Part shown: in pieces, positions 52,741-64,000 of the stretch
How the letters are laid out: each line of letters begins with the position of its first letter
How positions within the stretch are numbered: position 1 is the stretch's first letter
From: Ophelia neglecta
Lineage: Eukaryota
NCBI GenBank assembly: GCA_965285935.1
Contig: OZ260661.1
Span: 20,026,001-20,090,000, forward strand
Length of the DNA stretch: 64,000 nucleotides
Direction of reading: 5' to 3'
Made by a program: the position numbers and the translations under genes
The notes under the pieces: generated by a model
Databases searched by the model: none
What the model saw: the letters and a program-made list of their open reading frames with translations, nothing else
What the model was told of the DNA's origin: nothing

Positions 52741-55700
52741 ATGATGGCATTATTAGCATGGATAATGGACACAAAAAAGCTTACAATGTGGTTTGTGAAA
52801 CGGGCAACTGTCAGAGGAGACACTCGTGTCGGACACGTTACGTTTTGGGCGAGAAATCAAAATTTCCATAAGGATAGCAAATGGCGATTCAACAAACCTA
52901 GTGCTCTGGACTCTCTAAAAATGGCAGCAAGGAAGCAAGGTAAGTTATCATGTATTGATATAAACACACACACAAACTCACACGCACATATGTTTATAGA
53001 TATTCTATGCTTTAATACAGATTATCTATTGCTTTTTACCAATTAAGGGTAACAGTTTTCTATGACAAACACACGTTATTTTTCTACATATACATCATCT
53101 AGCCTTGCGTAGTGTACTAAACTTATCCCACATCAATCTTGTTTACTACCATGCATGTGAACAGAAGCTCGATCTAGACATTCAAGGTCGGTTTTCACAC
53201 TTGAATTGCATCGACAAATAGTAAGCTGTTAACATGTTATTCCCTGGTAACTTCGTGTGTGGGTTAGGGGAGACCGGGGTTGGTTGTAACACGGGTTGGT
53301 TTTAAGCTATAGGACATGTAGTTGTATACCTGGAAGGCTAACCGAGCTAATGCCTGGGGTAGAACGCACTTTAAGTTGTTGAATGAGTGGATTATTCTTT
53401 ATTAGGCAATGGACAGCAATTAAAACTCTACTTGTTTGGTTGCAGGGTACAGAAGGCGGGATTTTATTCCTGCAGTTCTGTGCCAAATACAATGGCTTCC
53501 AGCAATTCAAGGATTGAATGCAAGTTTTGCTGACGTTTTATTGCGCGGAAAGAAATCAAAACGAAAGAGTTTCCAATTATAAAATAATTTTAAGAAATAA
53601 AAACTTGGGAAGTAAAAAATAGAAAACGGCTGTTTTAGGGACGCTGGTAAAACAGGAGTTTTCAGGACGCTGGTTATATTCAAAATAATACAATTAAAAA
53701 TATTTCATACACACCACTTGTACTACGTTTAAGTCTTTGCCCCAGGCATATTTTTTCACCAGGCTTGGGAGTAATTGACAGGCAGAATTATTTCTTCGTC
53801 TTTATGAACCAGATTGTGCACTAAATTTTCCGCCGTAAAATATTGTACACCGATTTGAAATAATAATCATCACAGCACCATATTGATTATCGTTTCATAA
53901 TATGAAAAAAACCTAAATGTTTTAGAAACATTTACTACTACTTAAACAGAATTTAGTGAACTTTGTCGATGTGTATGTTGACTGACAAAGTCGGGTAAAC
54001 CAAGGGCAATGTTATTCAAATGGGTATCCGCGACGGTCGACGTGACGCAGAAAATGCCACTGTACTCTATTGTAGTTCCCACTTCTGTGTCAAAGATTCT
54101 ATACAACGAGTTAGAATGTGTTTAACACACAAATGTAAAAAATTACTACGTATATATTTACAAGCGCCTTGGTCTTAACACAGGACGCTGGACAGATATT
54201 ATCAGGAAAATGGCTTCAACTGGTGTTCCTAATTCTTACTCAAGGATGATGCGAAGCATGCCCATATCAGACACCAATGTTAACAGATATCAACTCACTA
54301 CTCGCCCGTACTCATTTGAACCGAGAGGGATGTCAAATCGAGCCAATCGACAAGAGACAAATAGTCGAAACTATACAATCGTTAAAGGTAAGGATTCACA
54401 ATATGGTTCTAATTATGACGGGGCTAACTGACAACGCTTGCTTTGAACATAATTGCAAGGAAAATACATTTAAAAGAGTATAAAACATGCATTGTACATT
54501 CATCTTGTTAAAAATAAAGATGTTTGGAATCTACTTGGAGGCCCCAATGCAATGTATATATACGGTAAAGATGTCTTTCAGCGACTTGGAAAGAACCTGA
54601 TCATCACGTGACTATATTTTGGGACCATCTTAATGAGCCGGGCAGCTTTCCTTTCGTTTGGCTGCGAGACTGCTGTGGTTGTGAGAGTTGCGTTATGGAT
54701 GTAGGCAACCGGACACATCTTCTCTCTAACCTTGACCTTCATATCAAGCCTGCTGAATTACACGTAAAATATACTTTCTTTTATGTTCTATTACGTCAAT
54801 GATGTCCAGCTAGTATACGAACAATGGAGTTCGCAATACTCTCAAATCTGTTTTCAGTTTACTAGTGATGAGGTAACAATAACCTGGCAGGATGCTCATG
54901 TCAGCACATATACTTCTGATTGGCTACTGCGCATGCGCTTTCCATCAGGTGACAGTGATATGCCCTTCCGCCATCTGGGTCCAAAGAAGAAGCTCTGGAA
55001 TAGCGCAATTATTTCGAATCCACCTACCCTTAATTATAAGCAGGTGAATATATTCTTCCCACTTTGATAAAATATTTCTGACAATAGTATCAGAGTGAAA
55101 TTAATTATATGCAACACTATTATACATGCATTTAAATACAATTAATTCTATAATTGTTATAATTATATAATTGTAATATTCAGTCAAAATAAAATCGTAA
55201 ATGATTCACTTCCCGCATGTAAAATAATCATTTATTGAAATGTTTGTCTCCCGGATATCCATTCTGGTTTGTTTTTAAGGAGTGCTGTTTAGGAAATCAG
55301 TGGTCATGTGACAATTTACCTCAAATGTCATTACGTTTTCTCTATCTGCATTAGGTCCTTGAAAATGACACCGATTTGTTAAACTGGATCAACTATCTTG
55401 CGGTCGATGGCATATGCCTGCTTGAGGCCTCTACAAAGGAATCTAGAGCGGTACCAATAGTATTTTATTGCACATGTTGATTTTCAGTACCGTAAGGTTC
55501 ACAATGCCTGATAATTATTTACTTAAACATGATAACCTCAACACAGATTATTTTAAATGCTAACTGAGTAGTACCGTCGGAGTGACATGGTACAATATTT
55601 AATAATTTCCGTTAGCTTCAGCCTGGGGTCACTTCGTTCATGCTTATTCAAAAGATTTCGGTTTTTTAATCAATGCTGCATACTACAATTGTTCGAAATG

Positions 55701-58698
55701 CATTTATGAACCATCATCGATTTCAACGACCAATAGCATTGGTGTCACGGGCTACTGAATCCAACCTCTCTAAAACCACGCAATTTTGCAAGTACAGAGA
55801 ATATGACAATGTAATGCTTCCAGGCTTTGTGTTAACAGCGAAACCAAAAGCTATGCTAAAGCTACATTGGGCTCTTAGTATCCTCCACTATTAAGACAAT
55901 GTGAGCATTATATAACCAAGATGGAAGGATAAAGGTTGGGTTATACAGTGACAAGTTTGACTATAATGCCTCCTACTGTATGTAGCTTTTGCCATGTATT
56001 TCGCGGTGCACACAAAGGCTGTCTCAATGTCTTAATGTATTTCGCTAGTGAGCCATTACGTTATTTTAGTTGGTACCATTCGCTTAGCTTAATTCGAATG
56101 CATTTGATCAAGTCAAGTCAGCTTGTAATGCACCATATTTTCTGAGCAGAGTTCAGGGCACAGAGCGTTTCGAATATGTATCGCCTTCTCATTCTTTGTT
56201 AAGGTGTACGGACTGAGTTACAGAATAGGATACCCGAAGAACACGCCGTATGGGTGAGAACTGTTAGATAAACACCAATTTTTATGTCATGGACATGCGA
56301 TCAGTTTTATTTTAACTGTAAAAATGGATATTGTGGATACCAAACAGAATAGATGAGCGGACGATATTAAGTCCACTAATATGTTATTATCAGCATACAT
56401 CAGCTGTTAATGTCAAAGTATTATAAATTTAGTTACAAGCTTATTTCCCAATAAGGAACTGGAGATTGATGTTTGTGGACCTGCAGCTGAAGGCGACGGA
56501 TGATTTCGACCGATTTTTTACATTATTCCTGATTAATAATCTATTTGTTTGCCGGATATCAAGCCCGTTTCTGTACAATAACTTAGTGAGTAAGTATTGA
56601 GGCATACTGTTGTAACATTTACTATTTATAGTTATCAACCTATTAAATGTTTCAGGACCCACTGGGAGGTTGAGAGTAAAGTAGGAAATGACGTTAAGGA
56701 TGTCGGGCATACAACTAACACGCTTGAACTTCATACGGACCAGCCAACATGGAGCTACATCCCTGGGGTGGGTGAGATTTAGACAGGAGCTTCAACAAAT
56801 CGTCCAACTATTGCATTTTTTCATAAAAGGGAGAGTATCGTTAAAGAACACCCTCAAAGCGAAAAACAGAATTTACTGTAAAATTTATACTTTGTATATT
56901 ATCTGGTAACCTTCCTGGATTAGCTTTTAGCTATTGAGGGAAGCCAGCGAATGAATATGTTTAAACCAACACCCTCAAAAGTCAAGAAAAATATGGTGGA
57001 TTCGACCATTGTACTGGGGAGACTGCACACTTTTCCCCTGTCGTCTGATTTCTGAACACACTATCCTGACACAATGACTGGCCAAAGCATTCTGATGAAT
57101 TTGGCCTTATCTTATAAAATATTTCATTTTTGTTCAGGTGTTACTCCTCCAATGCATCAGACAGACCCAGAGATCGGGAGGAGATAATGAGTTCTCTGAT
57201 GGGTTCAAGGCAGCAGTACAGCTCAGAGAGGAGAGACCAGACTACTTTGAGCTATTGACTAAACCAGTCGTATATTACTGGATGCAGTCTCGTGGAGCCT
57301 TCAACTACAACATGATGCAGCGTAAAGCAACCATAAGGTGGGAAACCTACCCACTACACTATAACGATATCAAGAATAAACAATAACAATACAGTCAGCA
57401 TTTATTAGTTTGAAACTGATGGAACACAAAATAATATCTATCAACCAAATAGTTCCCTACATGCAGAAGGGTACATAAGAACAAAGGGGCAACTGCAGAC
57501 CCACACATATCAACGTTAGAAAAATACAGAAATAAAAACATGCAAATAAATTGGAAATGAGTAGTATATCATCGTCAAAAAAGAGAGAGGATACCGGGCG
57601 GACAAAGCCAAATCATTAGTCATTAGTCTTTAGTTCATTAAATCGGTTCAAATTCACGAGGAACAAGCAGCCGCGTTAACACAAAAAACAGGCGCCAAAC
57701 AGCCATGAGTTTACACGAGTTTGAATACAGAACATTCAACGACATGGATAAATTTAACTCGTTTTTTGTTACATTTTCAAGAGAGTTAATTGAATAGAGT
57801 AGAGGTGTTTATCGAGACAAATGTATGATGGGATTAAGTTGGCAATAAGATCTATCTGCCAAAATGGCATAAGCCACATATTTTTCAGGGCCAAAATAGC
57901 TACAGTCGTTTTGTGCAAAAATTATATAAGTCACGCAACTAGGTGACAATGTGGCGTAAGTTATAAATTGTTATATACTACGATATACAGGACCAAAATG
58001 ACATAAGGAACGCAGATCTTCAGAGCCCAAATGGCTTAATTTACATGGTCATTATGTTATTTAGCCATACAAGTATATTAATTATTGATTATTTATAAGG
58101 TGGTAAAGCTTGGTCATACTGTGATTTTGACATGCAATACTTCATTTTGGCCTAAATGGCACTTAAGTCACTTTTGGCAGTATTGTGACACAGACTGCTC
58201 GGTGGTAATTTGCTCGGAGGGAGGGGTGGAGAGCACATGATCCCATGATGTTCTTTGCTTTTGATGCATCCTTTGTAAATCTCGTCTTTCAGATTAGGTG
58301 AGTTGGGAGAACCTTGCCAGATCGTGTATTCCAACCATTACAGAACCCCGTTAGTTCATCTTCCCTTCGAACAGATCCATACCTTCTATGCTGCGTTGAA
58401 GAAATTCCAAGAGCTACTTTACCGCCCTGAAAACATTCTCAGACTGCGTCTCCAGGACGGTAAGTCATATACTGGAGTATTTGTATGGTTATTATTTTGC
58501 ACACATGTCAGATTCTTCTAATAAGCTTTTAAATACATACTAGGTGCGATTGCTTGCATCGACAATCATCGAATTTTACATGGAAGGACTGGATGGAATT
58601 CGTCCAGCGGCGCACGCCATCTTGTCACTATGTATATCGACTGGGACGAAATGATGTCACGAAGGAGGTTGCTGACTCTAGGAGATCGCCGGGAATGA
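52741..58698 (+). CDS. Gamma-butyrobetaine dioxygenase-like 2OG-Fe(II) dioxygenase, copy B (complete, about 516 aa; start codon uncertain)
   Basis: Exons 52741-52939, 54184-54387, 54582-54763, 54858-55043, 55355-55450, 56204-56253, 56656-56767, 57138-57337, 58293-58459, 58544-58698 sum to 1551 nt. Motifs WLRDCCGCESC, LHTD, DNHRILHGR, RHLVTMYIDWD. Confidence 0.92.
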
Positions 58699-59929
58699 TA
58701 CCGAATGGTGCTGTCAGTAACGTAACGACACAGTGGTCACCGAAGTGTTTAATCGCAATTTATGGGAAGAGGCCAGAAACTAGGATATCGTAGAGAGTGC
58801 CGCGACAGCATTTTCTTACCACAGACAGGGTCAGGTTTTCATATCGGACATTTGCCCGGCTGGCTTTTTTAATTGCATGCCGAGTTTCCATGGGGATATC
58901 TTATCAGTTGAATACCAGGCGTGGAAGGTTATGGATTCATGACATCTTCACTTGGACATATCTGGGACTCCTTTTAAAAACAGATATGCGTGGTCTAACA
59001 AGCTCGCTCTCCTTATTCCCTAACTTCAGGAAATCAGATTGATTATTTGCTAGTTCTAAAATATAAACGTTTGGTTCTACAGCAACATGTTACAGGTGTA
59101 AAGTACCTATTTCATTCTCATCACGCAACTATTATCTCGAGTAAAAACAGATATTGTACCACTAATATGTTTGTCATTGCCTGTAGTGAATATTGTATTT
59201 CATTCCTTTTTATATTAATCATATTTTATTGTGTTTAATACCCTTTTTTAAATTTTGGCTAAATATGGTTTATATTTCAAAGCTGGTATATCTCTTGTTA
59301 ACTCGTATCCTACTGTTTAGTCCGTTCTTAAATCTCCAAGAGCATAACAATGGCCAGTTTGAGCTGTATGTTACTAATGGTTTACACATAAAGAGAGTGG
59401 AACTGAACATATCACGTATTTCGTGATATTTTGCAGGGGGGGGGGCAAAACGTTTAGACATTTGAAAACGGTTTCAAACTAGTTGCAGTATACATTTTGG
59501 TATAGTAGTATACCTAGATCAGCAGGGATCATATCTCTCGATGTTCAGATATTTTCTTGATGTTCTTGATGTGTTTTTATTAAATGAACCCTGAAAAACG
59601 GAAGGTCTGCCCAACGCCTATCACGTACGATATGGCCTTCCAACAAAATTGATAATTCAGATTTTATATGATTTACTGAGATAATTCTGATTAACCTTTA
59701 TATTGATCGTATGGTATTCATTTTCCATTAGTAGAGAGATGAATTGTTGCTTATTATTAACAAAAACTGTTCTGAAAATGCTTCTTGAGTATATAGATTT
59801 ATCGAGATAATAGTAATTTGCTCATAAAAGCAAACATGATTTATCTTTCAACGGCAAATGCACAGGTCGAAAAATAATAAAAGTGAAGATAACAGATCAT
59901 TCATCACTTATTTCAAATTATATTTCCAA

Positions 59930-60320
59930 TAAACACCAGCCGCCCATTGACGATTGACTTTGATGGCGTAGGAGGAGAGGGATGGTTGAAGAGCAGTTTA
60001 TTCGGGGTTTCCATTGACGACATTGGGTTGGGAAAGTTAACCTTACTAATAGCAGCTGAGTCCAAGATAATCGAGGTGACTGTGGCGGGAATTAATTCCT
60101 CGAAGTTGGAAACTGTCATTAAGCTAAGGTGCCGGGTGATAATACGGGACACATTGGGCGTGGCCTGTGGGGTCCGGAAACCATGGTTTGAATTGAGAAC
60201 CTGACGCAAATGTATCAGGTGGGTCTATCGAAGACTCAGCCATTCACCCCATGAGCAAATATATCTCCACAGTTTCCGTTATATAAATCGGCTAATACAT
60301 CGGGGACGACCTATACCATT
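59930..60320 (-). pseudogene. Decayed 3' fragment of the S8 protease gene
   Basis: NGNCGDIFAHGVN ~ YGHCVDILAPGVN; PQATPNVSRIITRHLS..LIPATVTSIILDSAAISKVNFPNP..ETPNKL..NGRL matches 30890-31280. Frameshifts and a stop; catalytic Ser motif destroyed. Confidence 0.88.
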
Positions 60321-60502
60321 GTTGGAAATAACTATGGAAAAGGGATTCGGGTGGGGGCGCAAGTCTTTATTAAGGTCATTGTTAGATAACACCCTTTCCC
60401 AATTCATTCTCCACAAATTAAGAACATGTATAGCATTTACCTATCTGTCCACAGTCGCTCCCTTACCGTTCTCCATAGCGTATAAATCTCTCCACAGCCA
60501 AG

Positions 60503-61087
60503 ATGACTGACACCGCTGAAGTACCCACTCCAGCCAAGACCAAGAACCCCAAGAAGAAGGCACACAAACTGAAGAAGCCAGCCAATCATCCCAAGTACTG
60601 CGACATGGTCAAAGAGGCCATTTCTTCCCTGAAGGCACGCGGAGGTTCCTCTCGGCAAGCCATCCTCAAGTACATCATCAAGAACTTCAATGTCAACAGT
60701 GACGAGACCAAGGTAAACGGCCACCTCAAGCTGACTCTCCGTGCTGGCATCAAGAACAACACTCTGATAAACCCAAAAGGATCCGGCGCGTCTGGAAGCT
60801 TCAAGCTCGGCGAAGCAGCCAAGAAAGTGGCCAAACCCAAGAAAGAAACCAAACCAAAGAAAGCCAAGACCCCGAAGAAGGCGAAGAAACCCAAAGAGAT
60901 AGTAGAAAAACCCATAAATGCTAAGACCTCTAAGCAGGCAGCTGCTAATCCTACCAAGAAAGCCGCAGCCAAGAAGCCAGCAGCTAAGAAAGCATCACAA
61001 AATGGTTCTTTTAAGAGCAACCCACACCCACATAGATGTCCCCCCACAATCAAAGCTATACATTTACACATATATATCGCCAATTAG
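60503..61087 (+). CDS. Orphan linker histone H1 with an aberrant C-terminus (possibly a pseudogene)
   Basis: Globular domain HPKYCDMVKEAISSLKARGGSSRQAILKYI...KGSGASGSFKL and Lys/Ala/Pro tail; the last ~28 codons derive from 3' UTR-like sequence. Confidence 0.85.
   Translation: MTDTAEVPTPAKTKNPKKKAHKLKKPANHPKYCDMVKEAISSLKARGGSSRQAILKYIIKNFNVNSDETKVNGHLKLTLRAGIKNNTLINPKGSGASGSFKLGEAAKKVAKPKKETKPKKAKTPKKAKKPKEIVEKPINAKTSKQAAANPTKKAAAKKPAAKKASQNGSFKSNPHPHRCPPTIKAIHLHIYIAN
61004..61024 (+). promoter_or_regulatory. Degenerate replication-dependent histone 3' stem-loop
   Basis: caaaat GGTTCT TTTA AGAGCA ACCCA versus consensus aaa GGYYCT TTTH AGRRCC ACCCA; base pair 1 is mismatched. Confidence 0.8.
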
Positions 61088-62253
61088 CTTTTATATCTTG
61101 GCAAACAATAGGTGCCGTTTAAATCGGTTCGTATTCAGAAAATTAAATTGCACATATAAGTTTTAAATTTTAGCTCTTACAGCAATGGTTGTTAAGACAA
61201 GAATTGCTGAAAAGGTTCACCCCAAAGTTTGATTTAAAAAAGTAATCTAAATGCAAAAAGTAACTCAGTTCAAGCATATTCATCCAGATTATGTTTCTAA
61301 ATTATACATTGCTGCTTATAAATCTCGCTCATTTGATTTTGAATTGAATTGATGGGTGGATCTTCATTTTGCACAGAGATTTATACAAGTCGGTTTCCGA
61401 CACCCAGAGGCACAGCCCGTCATACAGGCACTTGTTACACCCCGAGCCCTACACCCTCTTTCTTGGAGGAGGGGTGGCTCTCTGGGAGGGGGGGGGGAGG
61501 GAGTAGGGTAAGCTCTTTTGTAAAATCTACGGGAGAACGTGCCTCCAACAAAGAATATCATTTGTTCTGTTTTTTTTGTTCTGTTTTTTTTTCTATCACT
61601 ATTTACATTTTTAATTGTGTTTTATTCATAATGATCATAATCAATTATTGATTAATATTGGTAAAATGTACTAGGCGTCGCTAAGTGAACACCCATGCCA
61701 AATATTATTTGTCGGGACATTTGCATATTTGCATTCTGAATAACCCCGATCAGGTGAATGTAGTACACAGTCATTATCTATTGTTAAGCACTAATGTTGT
61801 AACAAACTATCATCAGATGTCCGTCGCATCGGACCCATTGAGCGTTTTTTTACCCTTTATTGGCAAACGTTTAAAAGGCGAATGGGCCGTGACTATTTAT
61901 CTGTGGAACCCCTCCACTAACAAATCTGATTGCAAGCTGATGTTGTATTGTGTTACCTAGTTTGATACACATTTGGTTAAAAAGTGGTCTTCATGAATAC
62001 CGTCGAGATCATCTAAAAAGAAATTGGTCAAGCAGTGCTGTTCCTGGGCCTATTGGCCGTGATTAGCTCATGTCCTGGAGTCCATCGATGCAAAAGTTCA
62101 CTATAAACTTCATTCGACGTTATCATATTTATATGCATTCTTTTCAGAACAAGCAGATTGTCAGTTATAAAAGAGTACTAAATGATACTGAATGATAATT
62201 ATCGGAGTGTCCGTAAATTATTAATTAGATCTCACTGTGTCAGAGCTACTCTA

Positions 62254-63560
62254 TCAGGGCTCCACAATTATCCTCGGGGTCATTTGTATTTTGTAATCTT
62301 GGGAAGCAAGCATCAGACCCATTTGATAGTCACGAGGGTCACATGACACCTTGGGCTCTGGCTGCTCCACTTCAAATCTCTGAATAAGGGCGCACATGAG
62401 AAGGAACAGTCGACTCATAGCGAACACTTCACCTAGGCAAACACGTGGTCCGGCGCCAAACGGCAGTAGTCGTTTCCGTATCTTGTGATCCGGGGATAGA
62501 AGACAACCGGAGGCATCTAGAAACCGTTCTGGCTTGAATTCAAAAGGATCTGGCCAGTACTTCTCGTCATGGAAAGCCGACCAATTATTGATGATGACTT
62601 CAGTTCCAGCCGGTATCTTTGCTCCCCTGATGAACGAGTCCTCTAAGGCCATGTGCGGTACGGACAAAGGTAGTATAGTGGTGTACCGTAGTAGTTCAAA
62701 CAAGGTGGCTCTCATATAAGGCATGTGGTTCCTGTCATCCAAACTGGGAGGTCGGTTTCCAAGTACTCGATCTACTTCAATCTGGGACGGAATAATTCAA
62801 CATGTAAATTAATAGGAAGGCCAATGAGACAGTTCTTGGCTCAGACCACGTGGTGCTTATTTCTCTGAATTGATGTCGTTTAATAATTGATATTTAACCA
62901 TAGACAATCACATTAAGTAGTCCTAAAGAAACTATATGTTCTGCCATTAGAAACCATCTTAATGTCGACAAATGTGTTAGGAAGATACCGAAATACAAAA
63001 ATAACTAGTTCGAATAAGAGAAGTATATGTACCTGAAGTGTGGTGTAAACATTCCGGAAATGTGTCAAGATATTCAAAAAAGCACAATAAGTTGCCACGG
63101 AAGTGCTTGTCGCGCCAAATATTAGATCCATTGCTGCAAGTTTCACTCGTAATTCACCGCCATCTATTTTCTACTCCGATACGAAATCTAAGAAGGCTCC
63201 GACCAGGGTCTTTTCACAGGTTCCACTATTTTCGTCTGTGTCATGTACCTCTTTCTTCATCTGACTGAAAAGCTCATCTCGCTTCTGCACGAGTTGCTCA
63301 AACCTTTTATGAGTTTGGTTACCCAGGTATTTTAACCAAGGGAACAGATCGATAATAGCATGAGAGCCAGATAGTGACCATAGTTCCATAGCTTCTCCTT
63401 CCACCTCGAAAAGCTGTTGGAAAAGCCTGTCTTCTCTTGTGAACTTTCTCCCAAGAAGAAATACTGCAATATTGTTCATGACGTTGTTCATGACGTATTC
63501 TCGCGGGTTGAATGGCTCTCCATCGTGAGAGGCAAAGCTGGCCATCAGCTCCTGGCATAT
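62254..63560 (-). pseudogene. Second clan-2 CYP paralogue, exons 2-3 (exon 1 beyond the right edge), with an in-frame TAG at 63171-63173
   Basis: Exons 63560-63033 and 62781-62254 with the same intron positions as the first CYP; ELLR, KPERF and FGAGPRVCLG intact. ...GAG TAG AAA ATA GAT GGC aligns with GAA GGG AAG ATA TAC GGC. Confidence 0.75.
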
Positions 63561-64000
63561 CTGTACATGATAGTAAACATATATTCACCATTTCATCCTT
63601 GGTTAATACCTTTTGGGCGTTTTTTACTGTGCATTTACTGTGCAATAATACACGAAAATAGGTTTCTCGGGATAACAATGGCAGATAAAATACGGGAGTG
63701 GATACCCGACGGACCAACTAATGTCATGAATCAAGAAAAGTTCTTTTAATCAGAACGAAAACATTCATAGGCCCACATACCCACATACTAGCGACCACAT
63801 ACTAAGCTGTTTTTTCTATTCCCTCCGGTTTAAAAGTCTGCAGTTCCTGTGTTCTCTCAAACTTATCCATACTAAATAAGGGCCTCATAAAAAGAAAATT
63901 TAAGATGCAGAAATTTGTTATCTGAAACATACATGCTATGAAAATTAGGTTCTTAAATTATTCTCGTTTGTCCATTAATGGCCAGGACGCTTGAGCAAGC

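Noticed and set aside
51455-52939. In-frame CYP-BBOX fusion gene
   Set aside because: Splicing the pseudo-CYP exon 1 donor to the AG at 52726 gives ACC GAT GAA CTA CGA TGA (stop), and exon 2 has its own stop.
60586-61083. 165-aa hydrophobic antisense ORF
   Set aside because: Shadow of the Lys/Ala-rich H1 codons.

Overview
AT-rich, intron-containing animal DNA, probably a spiralian invertebrate (annelid-like is a guess). Gene order: BBOX-like 2OG/Fe dioxygenase A (-, runs off the left edge); secreted 4x-vWA protein A (-); a ~12 kb repeat-rich spacer holding a 42-bp minisatellite, G/C-rich arrays, MITEs, an internally deleted tyrosine-recombinase retroelement with Ngaro/PAT-type split direct repeats and a 45-bp minisatellite; an intronless proteinase-K/PCSK9-like S8 protease with a probable GPI signal (+); 4x-vWA protein B (+); clan-2 cytochrome P450 (-); an inverted CYP pseudogene (+) cut off by a piece of the same retroelement repeat; BBOX-like B (+); an S8 pseudogene fragment (-); an orphan histone H1 whose ORF runs through its own 3' stem-loop (+); and a second CYP (-) with one in-frame TAG. 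The window is an old mirror-image duplication (BBOX-vWA <-> vWA-BBOX) with conserved exon sizes and promoter words. Every non-histone family is present 2-3 times. The enzymes have non-canonical active sites (HxE and an altered substrate pocket in the BBOX-like pair, no acidic I-helix residue in the CYPs), and the vWA domains carry a Cys-clamped variable loop next to the MIDAS motif. A co-duplicated specialised metabolism/secretion cluster is therefore a reasonable but unproven hypothesis. All splice models and alignments were done by eye; reference-protein comparisons are from memory.
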